A DNA stretch of 64,000 nt, from contig NZ_DITB01000038.1 in NCBI RefSeq assembly GCF_002422095.1, positions 877-64,876 of the forward strand. The letters run 5' to 3'. Positions 1 to 10,533 of this stretch are shown piece by piece. Origin of the DNA: Flavobacterium sp. UBA6195. GTDB taxonomy: Bacteria > Bacteroidota > Bacteroidia > Flavobacteriales > Flavobacteriaceae. Numbering within the stretch: position 1 is the first letter of the stretch; each line of letters begins with the position of its first letter. A model generated the notes under the pieces. The model ran no database searches. It saw nothing but the letters and a program-made list of their open reading frames with translations, and was not told the DNA's origin. Position numbers and translations under genes: made by a program.

Positions 1-1
1 A

Positions 2-2623
2 AATCTTACGGGTTATGGAAAACAATTTACTTTTTTTAACAATGATGAATTGAGTAATATTGGAATAGGTGAATATGTAATAAGTAATGCAACATCAGTT
101 TCTCAAGTTTGGGATGTGACTGATATTTATAATGCTGTTTCATATACGAATATTTCAGGTTCAAATTTTGCTTTTAAGGTCAATCTTGGAACACAAAGAA
201 AATATATTGCCGTTGATTTGACTGATACCTATTCGCCATTAAAAGAAAGTAGTAGTCTTGTTCAAAATCAAAACTTAAAAGGGACTATTTTCAATAATAA
301 TCAGGGTGTTTTTCAAGATATAGATTATTTGATAATTACACCAAGATTTTTAGTGGCTCAAGCTGAGCGATTAGCGGATTTTCATAGAAATAATTCAGGA
401 TTAAGCGTTCGAGTTGTAGAATTGGAGAAGATTTATCAAGAGTTTTCTTCAGGTAAGCAAGATATTGCGGCAATACGTAATTTTATTAAATATGTCTATT
501 GGAATGCATCAAGTTCTGACAAGAGGGTTAAATATGTTAATCTTTTTGGTGATGCTTCGTATGATTATAAAGACAGGATTTTTAATAATACTAATATTGT
601 TCCTGTATTTCATGGCTTTAACCCTTTAGCTTCTGAAGTAAATAATGTGTCTAATATGTCTTTGTATTCTAGTTTTATGTCTGATGATTTTTATGGATTA
701 ATGGATACTGATGAAGGTCAGATGTTAGACGGAGTTGATGGAATAGATATTGCAGTTGGTAGAATGTTAGTTTCTAGCATAAGTCAGGCAAAAGAAATGG
801 TGGATAAAGTAATTGAATATAATGATGAAAAGTCGTATGGAAGATGGAGAAATAATTATGTTATCTATTCTGATGATGCTGATAATGAAACAGATGTTAC
901 ATTGCAATTTGGGTTAGATAATTTAGCCGATGTTCTTACTACTCAAAAACCTTTTGTTAATGTAAAAAAAATACACTCTGATTCCTATTCGCAACAAGTG
1001 GCGGCAGGAGGTGAGCGTTATCCGCAAGCAAAAAATGAATTCTTAAGTGCTTTAGAAAAAGGAGCTTTGGTTTTTAATTATTTCGGACATGGTAATGAAG
1101 AAGCATTAGCAAGAGAGCGTTTGTTTGAAAAAATAGATGCACAAAATTTATCAAATCGTTACAGATATCCTTTGTTTATTACAATAACCTGTGAGTTTAC
1201 ACGTTTTGATGATCCAAATCGATTTACTGGAGGGGAGTATATGTATTGGAATAAAAGCGGAGGGGCTATTGGATTAATTGCAACTACACGTCAAATTGGA
1301 GTTACAACAGGGTTTGTGATGAATAATTTATTTAGTGAAGATTTATACGCTTTTGGGTCAAGTGATTACCCTACAATAGCTGAGGCTTTACGTTTAACAA
1401 AATTAAATACAAGTTCAGACAATAGAAGAGTTGTTTTTTTTATTGGAGATCCAGCATTGAAACTGGCAATACCTAAATCAAAAGTAGTACTTACAAGTGT
1501 TAATGATGTGCCGGTAGGACAGCCTTTACCTGTGTTTCAAGCATTAAGTTTAATCAAAATATCAGGTGAGGTTAGAGATGAAAATGATTTGGTATTATCA
1601 AATTATAATGGTGATTTAGCAATTCAAATTTTTGATAAAGAGATTGAAAGAAGTACTTTGGCAAATAATGGTGTTGTAGCACCAAGCCCAGGAGGAATAA
1701 ATATTATGGGAAATTTTTTCTCAGCAGGACAATTAATAAAGATGAATTTCACAACTTTAGGAGAAACAATCTTTAGAGGAAATGCTTCTGTTGTTAATGG
1801 ACAATTTGAATTTAGTTTTGTTGTGCCTCAAGATATTCGAGTTCCTGTTGGGAATGGTAAAATTAGTTTTTATGCTAAACGCAGTGCTCCAAATTTAGAT
1901 AATCAAACAGGTTATGATAAAACAATCCTAATAGGAGGTGTTAACGTAAATGCTGTTAATGATACAAATCCTCCAAAAATAAAGATTCATATGAATGATG
2001 AAAGTTTTGTTTCTGGCGGAATCACAAATTGTTCTCCTATATTATTGGCGTTTTTAGAAGATGAAAATGGTATTAATACAGCAAGTGGAATAGGGCATGA
2101 TATTGTGGCGATTTTAGATGGAGACGAAACTAATCCGTATGTTTTAAATGAATATTATGAAACAGAAAATGACGATTATACAAAAGGATTTGTGCGTTTT
2201 CCGTTTAGAGATTTATCGCCAGGATTACACACGATTTTGTTTAAGGCCTGGGATGTGTATAATAATTTGGTTACGGCTGAAATTCAGTTTAACGCGGTGT
2301 GTTCTGATGATGGTTTGAAAATTGAGCATGTACTAAATTATCCAAATCCATTCGTTAGTTACACCGAATTTTGGTTTAATCACAATATGCCTTTTGAGCC
2401 TTTAGATGTTCAAGTTCAGATTTTAACTGTTTCTGGTAAACTTGTTAAAACAATCAATCAACAAGTGACTACAGATGGTTTTTTATGTAGAGATATTGTT
2501 TGGGATGGAAGGGATGATTTTGGAGACAAAATTGGAAAAGGAGTTTATGTTTATAAACTAAAAGTAAGATCTACATCAACAGGCAAGTATGTTGAAAAAT
2601 ATGAGAAACTTGTAATACTATAA
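2..2623 (+). CDS. porU: Type IX secretion system sortase PorU (C25/gingipain-like peptidase), 5'-truncated by the window edge
   Basis: The frame is open from position 2, upstream of the listed TTG at 50. C25 motifs DYLIITP, FNYFGHG and TITCEF; C-terminal T9SS CTD (VLNYPNPF...GKGVYVYKLKV...KLVIL); directly upstream of porV. Confidence 0.92.
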   Translation, partial: NLTGYGKQFTFFNNDELSNIGIGEYVISNATSVSQVWDVTDIYNAVSYTNISGSNFAFKVNLGTQRKYIAVDLTDTYSPLKESSSLVQNQNLKGTIFNNNQGVFQDIDYLIITPRFLVAQAERLADFHRNNSGLSVRVVELEKIYQEFSSGKQDIAAIRNFIKYVYWNASSSDKRVKYVNLFGDASYDYKDRIFNNTNIVPVFHGFNPLASEVNNVSNMSLYSSFMSDDFYGLMDTDEGQMLDGVDGIDIAVGRMLVSSISQAKEMVDKVIEYNDEKSYGRWRNNYVIYSDDADNETDVTLQFGLDNLADVLTTQKPFVNVKKIHSDSYSQQVAAGGERYPQAKNEFLSALEKGALVFNYFGHGNEEALARERLFEKIDAQNLSNRYRYPLFITITCEFTRFDDPNRFTGGEYMYWNKSGGAIGLIATTRQIGVTTGFVMNNLFSEDLYAFGSSDYPTIAEALRLTKLNTSSDNRRVVFFIGDPALKLAIPKSKVVLTSVNDVPVGQPLPVFQALSLIKISGEVRDENDLVLSNYNGDLAIQIFDKEIERSTLANNGVVAPSPGGINIMGNFFSAGQLIKMNFTTLGETIFRGNASVVNGQFEFSFVVPQDIRVPVGNGKISFYAKRSAPNLDNQTGYDKTILIGGVNVNAVNDTNPPKIKIHMNDESFVSGGITNCSPILLAFLEDENGINTASGIGHDIVAILDGDETNPYVLNEYYETENDDYTKGFVRFPFRDLSPGLHTILFKAWDVYNNLVTAEIQFNAVCSDDGLKIEHVLNYPNPFVSYTEFWFNHNMPFEPLDVQVQILTVSGKLVKTINQQVTTDGFLCRDIVWDGRDDFGDKIGKGVYVYKLKVRSTSTGKYVEKYEKLVIL

Positions 2624-2639
2624 TAAAATACTATATTTG
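2610..2639 (+). promoter_or_regulatory. Bacteroidota sigma70-type promoter for porV
   Basis: TTG (2610-2612), 19-bp spacer, TATATTTG (2632-2639): matches TTG-N19-TAnnTTTG. Confidence 0.7.
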
Positions 2640-2660
2640 TCAAATTAATTTATTAAAACA

Positions 2661-3833
2661 ATGAAAAAAATTGCGCTATTATTAATTCTTTCATTAGCTA
2701 TTCAATATACAAAAGCTCAAGACCGTGTTATAACTACAGGGGTGTCATTCTTGTTAATTGCTGCTGACGCTAGATCTGCAGGTATGGCTGATATGGGAGT
2801 TGCAACTTCAGCTGATGCTTTTTCACAACAATATAACCCTGCTAAATATGCCTTTTCGCTTGATAAACAAGGTTTTTCAATTAGTTATACGCCTTATTTA
2901 ACAAGTATAGCTAACGATATTTCCTTAGGTCAATTGACTTATTACAACAGAATAAATGAAAGAAGTGCATTTTCTGGGTCTTTCCGCTATTTTGGTTTAG
3001 GTGATATTGAATTAAGAAGAACGGGAGATCCTGGAGAGATTCCTAGAGTGGTTAATCCAAATGAATTTGTATTAGATGGTTCTTATTCGTTAAAGTTAAG
3101 CGATCGTTTTTCAATGGCAGTTGGTGGTAAATATGTTCGTTCTGCACTTAAAATTGCTGATGAAAATACAGACGCAAGTTCAGCCACCTCTTTTGCGGTT
3201 GACATTGCAGGATACTATCAATCAGAAGAAATTGCATATGATGATTTTAATGGTAGATGGAGAGCGGGTTTCAATTTTCAAAACATGGGACCAAAAATCA
3301 GTTATGATAATGATGATTTAAATGATAATTTTATGCCAGCTAATATGAGATTAGGTGGAGGTTTTGATTTTATTTTTGATGAATATAATAAAGTTGGGGT
3401 TACCGCAGAGGTTACAAAACTTATGGTTCCTACTCCACCTAAGGTTGGCGATGAAGATGGTGATGGTGATGTTGATAATTCAGATTATGCATTGGCTGAT
3501 AGAAACTACAGAGCAATTCCTTGGGTAACAGGGATTTTTAAGTCTTTTGGAGATGCTCCAGATGGTTTTTCTGAAGAATTAAAAGAATTTACTTATGCTT
3601 TAGGTGCTGAATATTGGTATCAAGATTCATTTGCATTGCGAATGGGTTATTTTAATGAGAATAAATTAAAAGGTGCTAGAAAGTATTTTACTTTAGGTTC
3701 TGGATTTAAATATAATATCGTAAAAATTGATGTTTCTTATTTATTCTCAACATCAACAGTTAAAAATCCATTGGAAAACACATTACGTTTCTCGCTTACA
3801 TTTAATTTCGGTGATAAATACGATGAACTATAA
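2661..3833 (+). CDS. porV: T9SS outer-membrane shuttle protein PorV
   Basis: Signal peptide; ITTGVSFLLIAADARSAGMAD and NPAKYAF motifs; C-terminal NTLRFSLTFNF; follows porU. Confidence 0.92.
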   Translation: MKKIALLLILSLAIQYTKAQDRVITTGVSFLLIAADARSAGMADMGVATSADAFSQQYNPAKYAFSLDKQGFSISYTPYLTSIANDISLGQLTYYNRINERSAFSGSFRYFGLGDIELRRTGDPGEIPRVVNPNEFVLDGSYSLKLSDRFSMAVGGKYVRSALKIADENTDASSATSFAVDIAGYYQSEEIAYDDFNGRWRAGFNFQNMGPKISYDNDDLNDNFMPANMRLGGGFDFIFDEYNKVGVTAEVTKLMVPTPPKVGDEDGDGDVDNSDYALADRNYRAIPWVTGIFKSFGDAPDGFSEELKEFTYALGAEYWYQDSFALRMGYFNENKLKGARKYFTLGSGFKYNIVKIDVSYLFSTSTVKNPLENTLRFSLTFNFGDKYDEL

Positions 3834-3855
3834 TTTTTAAAATAAATTAATTAAC

Positions 3856-3891
3856 AATCCAAATTCTAAAATAAGAATTTGGATTTTTTTT
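3856..3891 (+). terminator. Intrinsic terminator after porV
   Basis: AATCCAAATTCT-loop-AGAATTTGGATT followed by a T run. Confidence 0.7.
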
Positions 3892-3899
3892 CCTTACAT

Positions 3900-4379
3900 A
3901 TGAAGCAAATTTCAATAAACACCTCCATTTCGGTACTATCTAAAGACGAATTGTCTCAAGAAGAAACAAGTTTAATGTTGAAAGCATTTGAAGCAAGAAG
4001 TAAAGCCTATGCGCCTTATTCTAAATTTACTGTAGGAGCGGCTATTCTTTTAGATAATGGTATAGTAGTTCAGGGTTCCAATCAAGAAAATGCGGCTTAT
4101 CCTTCTGGTTTATGTGCAGAGCGTGTAGCAATTTATTACGCAGGTGCAACTTATCCAAATGCTAAAATTATAAAAATGTTCATCACAGCATCACCACAAG
4201 ATAGAGATTTAGAAGAACCTATTCCTCCTTGTGGAAGTTGCAGACAATCAATTGCTGAGTATGAATTTAAACAAGATGCACCAATTGCAATTTTCTTTAT
4301 GGGAGCAAAAGGGGATATTTATAAATCAGATTCGCTAAAAAATATCTTACCATTAGTTTTCGACAAGAATCATCTATAA
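3900..4379 (+). CDS. cdd: Cytidine deaminase
   Basis: AYAPYSKF, NQENAAYPSGLCAER and PCGSCRQ zinc motifs. ATG at 3900 preferred over TTG 3879, which lies inside the terminator. Confidence 0.92.
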   Translation: MKQISINTSISVLSKDELSQEETSLMLKAFEARSKAYAPYSKFTVGAAILLDNGIVVQGSNQENAAYPSGLCAERVAIYYAGATYPNAKIIKMFITASPQDRDLEEPIPPCGSCRQSIAEYEFKQDAPIAIFFMGAKGDIYKSDSLKNILPLVFDKNHL

Positions 4380-4541
4380 CGATTTCGTAACTTTTTTTAT
4401 CGATTTTGTTATAAAAAATACAAAAATCGTAGAATTTAATTTTTTCAATCAGGTTCTATGTAGTATTTTTGCTGTTCGTAAAATTGCGAATGATTATGTT
4501 ATATTGTTTGCAGTTCAATTGTATTAAAAAACAAACTAAAA

Positions 4542-5540
4542 ATGAAACCAATTACAAGAGAAGTTTACCTAAAATGGTATGAGGATATGCTATTTTGGAG
4601 AAAGTTTGAAGATAAACTTGCTGCTGTTTATATCCAACAAAAAGTTAGAGGATTTTTGCATTTATACAATGGTCAAGAAGCAGTTTTAGCTGGAGCTTTA
4701 CATGCAATGGACTTGTCTAAAGATAAAATGATTACCGCTTATCGTAATCACGTTCAGCCAATTGGAATGGGTGTAGATCCAAGAAGAGTTATGGCAGAAT
4801 TGTACGGAAAAGCTACAGGTACTTCTAAAGGTATGGGTGGATCGATGCATATTTTCTCTAAAGAACATGGTTTCTATGGAGGACATGGTATCGTTGGAGC
4901 ACAAATTCCAGTAGGTGCTGGTATGGCTTTTGCAGATAAATATTTTGAAACGGGTGGTGTTACGTTGACTTATTTTGGTGATGGTGCTGCACGTCAAGGT
5001 TCTTTACATGAAGCCTTTAACATGGCTATGAATTGGAAATTACCAGTAGTTTTTATCTGTGAAAATAATGGATATGCTATGGGAACTTCTGTTGAAAGAA
5101 CGGCTAATCATACTGATATTTGGAAACTTGGTTTAGGTTATGAAATGCCTTGTGGGCCAGTTGATGGAATGAATCCAGTTAAGGTGGCTGAAGCAATGCA
5201 CGAAGCAATGGAAAGAGCTCGCCGTGGAGACGGACCAACTTTCTTAGAAATGAAAACTTACCGTTACAGAGGGCACTCAATGTCTGATGCACAATTATAT
5301 AGAACGAAAGAGGAAGTGGAAGAATATAAAAAAATCGACCCAATTACTCAAGTTTTAGATATTATCAAAGAAAACGGTTATGCTACAGATGTTGAAATCG
5401 AAGCAATCGATCAAAGAGTAGCTGATTTAGTTGCTGAATGTGAAAAATTCGCTGAAGAATCTCCATTCCCAGAGGCACAACAGTTGTATGACGTAGTGTA
5501 CGAACAAGAAAATTATCCTTTCATTCCACATAAATTATAA
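4542..5540 (+). CDS. pdhA: Pyruvate dehydrogenase E1 alpha subunit
   Basis: GFLHLYNGQEA, GDGA...NN TPP-binding motif, YRYRGHSMSD. Confidence 0.96.
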   Translation: MKPITREVYLKWYEDMLFWRKFEDKLAAVYIQQKVRGFLHLYNGQEAVLAGALHAMDLSKDKMITAYRNHVQPIGMGVDPRRVMAELYGKATGTSKGMGGSMHIFSKEHGFYGGHGIVGAQIPVGAGMAFADKYFETGGVTLTYFGDGAARQGSLHEAFNMAMNWKLPVVFICENNGYAMGTSVERTANHTDIWKLGLGYEMPCGPVDGMNPVKVAEAMHEAMERARRGDGPTFLEMKTYRYRGHSMSDAQLYRTKEEVEEYKKIDPITQVLDIIKENGYATDVEIEAIDQRVADLVAECEKFAEESPFPEAQQLYDVVYEQENYPFIPHKL

Positions 5541-5545
5541 GGACT

Positions 5546-7138
5546 ATGGCACAAATTATAACAATGCCCCGTTTGAGTGATACGATGACCGAAGGAGTTG
5601 TAGCAACTTGGTTAAAAAAAGTGGGTGATACAATCAAAACTGGTGATATTCTTGCCGAAATTGAAACGGATAAAGCTACAATGGAATTCGAATCTTTTCA
5701 TGACGGTGTTTTATTATACATCGGGATTCAAGAAGGACAATCAGCACCAGTAGATTCTTTATTAGCAATTATTGGAGCAGCCGGTGAAGATATTGCTGCT
5801 TTATTAAGTGGTGGAACAGCGACTGAAACAAAAGAAGAAAAAGTAGTTGAAGAAGCAAAACCTACTTCAGCAGCAGTTGAAATTCCAGCTGGTGTAAAAG
5901 TAGTAACTATGCCTCGTTTGTCTGATACAATGACAACAGGAACAGTTGCAACTTGGTTGAAAAAAGTGGGAGATACTGTAAAAGAAGGCGATATTTTAGC
6001 TGAAATCGAAACGGATAAAGCTACGATGGAATTCGAATCTTTCAATGCAGGAACGTTATTATATATCGGAGTTCAAGAAGGTAATTCTGCTCCAGTAGAT
6101 ACAATTTTAGCTATTTTAGGTCCAGCAGGAACTGATGTTTCAGGTATTGCGGCTAACTACAAAGTTGGCGCTGTGGCTGAAGCTCCTAAAGTAGAAGAAG
6201 TAAAAGCAGTTGCTCAAGAAGTAGTAGTTGCAGAACAATCTACTTCAGGTAGAGTTTTCGCTTCTCCTTTAGCTAAAAAAATTGCTCAAGATAAAGGAAT
6301 TAACTTATCTCAAGTAAAAGGTTCTGGTGAGAATGGAAGAATTGTAAAATCAGATGTTGAGAATTTCTCACCATCTGCTGTTGCAACTCCAGCACAAGCC
6401 GTTGCAGAAGCTACAAATGCAGTTGCAGCAGTTAAACCATTTGTTCCAGCAGGAGAAGCATTCCAAGAAGAAATCAAAAATTCGCAAATGCGTAAAACCA
6501 TTGCGAGACGATTATCAGAATCTAAATTTACAGCACCGCATTACTATTTAACTATTGAGTTAGATATGGACAATGCAATTGCTTCAAGAAATATGATTAA
6601 CGGATTACCAGATACGAAAGTTTCTTTCAACGATATGGTAATCAAAGCAAGTGCGATGGCATTGAAAAAGCATCCACAAGTAAATTCACAATGGAGAGAA
6701 GATGCGATGGTTATCAATCACCACGTGAATATTGGAGTAGCGGTAGCAGTTGAAGACGGTTTAATGGTTCCAGTATTGAAATTTACAGACCAAATGAGTT
6801 TAACTCAAATTGGTGCAAATGTGAAAGACTTAGCTGGAAAAGCAAAATCTAAAAAAATTCAACCAGCAGAAATGGAAGGAAGTACATTCACGATTTCTAA
6901 CTTAGGAATGTTCGGAATTCAATCATTTACATCGATTATCAATCAACCAAATTCTGCTATTTTATCTGTTGGTGCTATTATTGAAAAACCAGTAGTTAAA
7001 AACGGTCAAATCGTAGTTGGAAACACAATGACAGTTACGTTAGCTTGTGATCACAGAACAGTGGACGGAGCAACTGGAGCTCAATTCTTACAGACGTTCA
7101 AAGCGTTTATGGAAAATCCAGTAACGATGTTAGCCTAA
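5546..7138 (+). CDS. pdhC: Pyruvate dehydrogenase E2 dihydrolipoamide acetyltransferase (two lipoyl domains)
   Basis: Two ETDKATME lipoyl motifs, E3-binding domain (ASPLAKKIA...GSGENGRI), catalytic DHRTVDG. Confidence 0.95.
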   Translation: MAQIITMPRLSDTMTEGVVATWLKKVGDTIKTGDILAEIETDKATMEFESFHDGVLLYIGIQEGQSAPVDSLLAIIGAAGEDIAALLSGGTATETKEEKVVEEAKPTSAAVEIPAGVKVVTMPRLSDTMTTGTVATWLKKVGDTVKEGDILAEIETDKATMEFESFNAGTLLYIGVQEGNSAPVDTILAILGPAGTDVSGIAANYKVGAVAEAPKVEEVKAVAQEVVVAEQSTSGRVFASPLAKKIAQDKGINLSQVKGSGENGRIVKSDVENFSPSAVATPAQAVAEATNAVAAVKPFVPAGEAFQEEIKNSQMRKTIARRLSESKFTAPHYYLTIELDMDNAIASRNMINGLPDTKVSFNDMVIKASAMALKKHPQVNSQWREDAMVINHHVNIGVAVAVEDGLMVPVLKFTDQMSLTQIGANVKDLAGKAKSKKIQPAEMEGSTFTISNLGMFGIQSFTSIINQPNSAILSVGAIIEKPVVKNGQIVVGNTMTVTLACDHRTVDGATGAQFLQTFKAFMENPVTMLA

Positions 7139-7159
7139 TAAGTGTTAAAATTATCATAC

Positions 7160-7187
7160 AAAATCCCGATTTACTCGGGATTTTTTT
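7160..7187 (+). terminator. Intrinsic terminator after pdhC
   Basis: AAAATCCCGA-TTTAC-TCGGGATTTT plus T tail. Confidence 0.8.
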
Positions 7188-7210
7188 ATTTTTACTTAAA
7201 ACTATAAACT

Positions 7211-8173
7211 ATGAAAAAAATCATATTCCTAATTTCTTTTCTTGGATTGTCATTGCATGCACAAAACAATGTTACTTCGAAAAACATTTTTAATTTCAAT
7301 TGCCAAGTTGCGGAAGAAAATGTAATTAAAACTTTGTCATATCTAACTTCGGATGAACTGGAAGGAAGAGATTCAGGTAGTGAAGGAATTGAATTGGCAA
7401 CTTTATATTTAGAAAATATTTTAAAAGAGAACGGAATTAAGCCTTATTTTAAAACGTATCGCGATACACTTTCTAATTTTGATAAAACTTCTTACAACGT
7501 AGTTGGTTATATCGAAGGGAACGATAAAGAGTTAAAAAATGAATTTGTTATTATTGGGGCGCATTATGATCATATTGGAAAAATTGCAGCTGTAAACGGC
7601 GATGATATTGGAAACGGAGCAAATGATAATGCAACTGGAACCACCGCAGTAACTGAAGTAGCAAAATATTTCGCAAAATTTAAAAACAACAAGCGAAGTG
7701 TACTTTTTGTATTCTTTTCTGCCGAGGAAAAAGGTCTTTTAGGGTCAAAGCATTTGGCTGCTAAATTGAAAGAACAAAAAATGGATTTGTATTTCATGTT
7801 CAATTTTGAAATGATTGGTGTTCCAATGAAAGACAAAGGAATGGATTTCTATTTAACTGGTTTTGGTAAATCTAATATGGCAACCACAATGAATGAATAT
7901 GCTGGAGAAAAGTTAGTAGGATATTTGCCAATTGAAACCAAATACATGCTATTCAGAGCATCTGATAATTATCCGTTTTTCACTGAATTTAATGTCCCAG
8001 CACAAACTGTTTCGACTTTCGATTTTGAAAATTTCCAATTCTATCACCAACCAGATGATGAGTTTGAATTGATGGATACCAAACACATGACAAAAGTGAT
8101 TTCGAAAACAATTCTAGTTTTAGAAAAAATGATCAATGCTCCAAAAAAAGAAATCAAATTAAATGAAAAGTAA
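7211..8173 (+). CDS. Secreted M28-family metallopeptidase
   Basis: Signal peptide; GAHYDH, GANDNATG, AEEKGLLGS and YHQPDD motifs. Confidence 0.88.
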   Translation: MKKIIFLISFLGLSLHAQNNVTSKNIFNFNCQVAEENVIKTLSYLTSDELEGRDSGSEGIELATLYLENILKENGIKPYFKTYRDTLSNFDKTSYNVVGYIEGNDKELKNEFVIIGAHYDHIGKIAAVNGDDIGNGANDNATGTTAVTEVAKYFAKFKNNKRSVLFVFFSAEEKGLLGSKHLAAKLKEQKMDLYFMFNFEMIGVPMKDKGMDFYLTGFGKSNMATTMNEYAGEKLVGYLPIETKYMLFRASDNYPFFTEFNVPAQTVSTFDFENFQFYHQPDDEFELMDTKHMTKVISKTILVLEKMINAPKKEIKLNEK

Positions 8174-8846
8174 AAATATCATCATAACAGGAACCTCTCG
8201 TGGAATAGGTTACGAATTAGCCTTGCAATTTGCAAATGCAGGACATCAAGTATTAGCTATTTCTAGAAAAACACCAAAAGAGTTAATCGAAAATCAAAAC
8301 ATAACTTGTTTGTCAATTGATATTTCAAATCCAGAAGAATTACTTCAGGTTGAAAATTTCATTAATAGAACTTGGAAAAAAGTAGATGTTTTAATTCATA
8401 ACGCAGGAAGTTTATTGCATAAAACGTTCACGCAAATAACTTCAGAAGAATTCCAAAACATATATAAAGTCAATGTTTTTGCAGTTGCCGAATTAACAAA
8501 AATCTGTATTCCATTCATGGAAAAAGGGAGTCATGTGGTAACTATTAGTTCTATGGGAGGCATTCAAGGAAGCATGAAATTCGCTGGTTTAGCAGCTTAT
8601 TCTTCTAGTAAAGGCGCGGTGATTACCTTGTCAGAATTATTAGCAGAAGAATACAAAGAACAAGGAATTTCATTTAATGTTTTAGCACTTGGAGCTGTGA
8701 ATACCGAAATGTTACAAGAAGCTTTCCCAGGTTACGAAGCAACACTTTCAGCAAAAGAAATGGCGGATTATATCTTCAATTTTGCTTTAACTGGAAACAA
8801 ATATTACAACGGAAAAGTATTGCAAGTTTCATCTTCAACGCCTTAA
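8163..8846 (+). CDS. Short-chain dehydrogenase/reductase
   Basis: TGTSRGIG, HNAG and YSSSK (YxxxK) motifs. Confidence 0.9.
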   Translation: MKSKNIIITGTSRGIGYELALQFANAGHQVLAISRKTPKELIENQNITCLSIDISNPEELLQVENFINRTWKKVDVLIHNAGSLLHKTFTQITSEEFQNIYKVNVFAVAELTKICIPFMEKGSHVVTISSMGGIQGSMKFAGLAAYSSSKGAVITLSELLAEEYKEQGISFNVLALGAVNTEMLQEAFPGYEATLSAKEMADYIFNFALTGNKYYNGKVLQVSSSTP

Positions 8847-8848
8847 AA

Positions 8849-9457
8849 TTGAGTGACGTATTAAAAAAATACTTACCTGAACACGCAGTTCATCCTTGTT
8901 TTGAGTTAATCAAAGCGAATCATGTGCATCTTAAAATCGTTAATGAACGTCAAACCCGTCATGGCGATTATCGAAAAGACGCACAAGGATATCATTTGAT
9001 TACCGTAAATGCAAGTTTGAATAAATATAGATTCCTAATAACTCTAATTCATGAAATTGCGCATTTGGTAGCTTTCGAAAAATATGGTCGTAACATAAAA
9101 CCGCATGGAGATGAATGGAAACTCACTTTTCAAAAAATGATGGTGCCGTTTATTCGTCCTGAAATATTTCCAAATCAATTGTTGCCATTACTTGCCAAAC
9201 ATTTTAGAAATCCGAAAGCAAGTAGTGATACAGATGCAAAATTAGCCATCGCTTTAAAACTATTTGACCAAAAAGAAACCGATAAAAATTATATCTTTGA
9301 AATTCCAATGGGAAGTCATTTTAGAATTTACAATGGAAAAATTTTCAAGAAAATAGCATTGCGAGTTAAGCGATACGAATGTTTAGAAATAAGTTCTGGA
9401 CGCTTATATTTGTTTCAACCCAATGCCGAAGTAGAATTGTTGCCGAATAAGTTCTAG
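8849..9457 (+). CDS. SprT-like zinc metalloprotease domain protein
   Basis: TLIHEIAHL (HExxH) and PHGDEWK motifs; TTG start. Confidence 0.85.
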   Translation: MSDVLKKYLPEHAVHPCFELIKANHVHLKIVNERQTRHGDYRKDAQGYHLITVNASLNKYRFLITLIHEIAHLVAFEKYGRNIKPHGDEWKLTFQKMMVPFIRPEIFPNQLLPLLAKHFRNPKASSDTDAKLAIALKLFDQKETDKNYIFEIPMGSHFRIYNGKIFKKIALRVKRYECLEISSGRLYLFQPNAEVELLPNKF

Positions 9458-9475
9458 CAACAAAAAACATACAAA

Positions 9476-10531
9476 ATGAACAAAAATTATTACGCAATCA
9501 TAATGGCTGGAGGAGTTGGTTCTCGTTTTTGGCCAGTAAGTACAACCGAATTTCCTAAGCAATTTCACGATATGTTAGGAACAGGCGAAACATTGATTCA
9601 AAAAACATTCACACGTTTGTCTCAAATTATTCCAAAGGAGAATATTTTGATTCTTACGAACGAAGTTTACAATGACATCGTCTTGGAACAATTGCCAATG
9701 ATTCAACAAGAGCAAATTGTTTTAGAACCAGCTATGCGTAATACAGCACCTTGTATTTTATATGCTTCTTTAAAAATTAAAAAACAAAATCCAGATGCAG
9801 TTATGGTAGTGGCGCCTTCTGATCATTGGATTGAAGATGAGGTGCAGTTTTGTTCTAATCTTCAATATGCTTTTGATTTTTGCGAGCGCGATGAAAACTT
9901 AATGACCTTGGGTATTTTACCAACATTTGCCAATACAGGCTATGGCTATATCGAATTCGATAAATTAGATTCTCGTCCAATTAAAAAGGTGAAGCAGTTT
10001 AGAGAAAAACCAGATTATGCAACCGCAAGAAAGTTCATACAAAGTAGAAATTATCTTTGGAATGCTGGAATTTTTGTTTGGAGTGCTAAAACCGTTTTAA
10101 AAGCTTATGAAGAGTTTCAACCGGTGATGTATGATCATTTTATGAATGGTTATGAGGCTTTAAATACACCAAAAGAAGAAGCTTTTATAAGAGATAATTA
10201 TCCTTTAGCTCAAAATATTTCGGTGGATTATGCTATTTTGGAAAAAGCCCAAAATGTTTATGTGTTACCAGCAACTTTCGACTGGAACGATTTAGGAACT
10301 TGGGGTTCGCTATATGATAAATTACCAAAAGACGAACAAGAAAATGCCGTAGTTAATGCTTCTGTTTATCTTGAAAACGCAACCAATAACATTATCAGAA
10401 CCGAAGGTAAAAAGCTTGTCGTAATTGATGGTTTAACCGATTATATTATTGTAGATAAAGACGATGTTTTGTTGATTTATCCAAAAAATAAAGAGCAAGA
10501 TATTAAGCAAATAGTATCTAAAATTCAGTAG
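9476..10531 (+). CDS. manC: Mannose-1-phosphate guanylyltransferase
   Basis: IMAGGVGSRFWP, PKQF, EPAMRNTAP, PSDH and WNDLGTW motifs. Confidence 0.9.
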   Translation: MNKNYYAIIMAGGVGSRFWPVSTTEFPKQFHDMLGTGETLIQKTFTRLSQIIPKENILILTNEVYNDIVLEQLPMIQQEQIVLEPAMRNTAPCILYASLKIKKQNPDAVMVVAPSDHWIEDEVQFCSNLQYAFDFCERDENLMTLGILPTFANTGYGYIEFDKLDSRPIKKVKQFREKPDYATARKFIQSRNYLWNAGIFVWSAKTVLKAYEEFQPVMYDHFMNGYEALNTPKEEAFIRDNYPLAQNISVDYAILEKAQNVYVLPATFDWNDLGTWGSLYDKLPKDEQENAVVNASVYLENATNNIIRTEGKKLVVIDGLTDYIIVDKDDVLLIYPKNKEQDIKQIVSKIQ

Positions 10532-10533
10532 TA

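Noticed and set aside
5546-6130. Direct DNA repeat inside pdhC
   Set aside because: Explained by the two tandem lipoyl domains, which is normal for E2.
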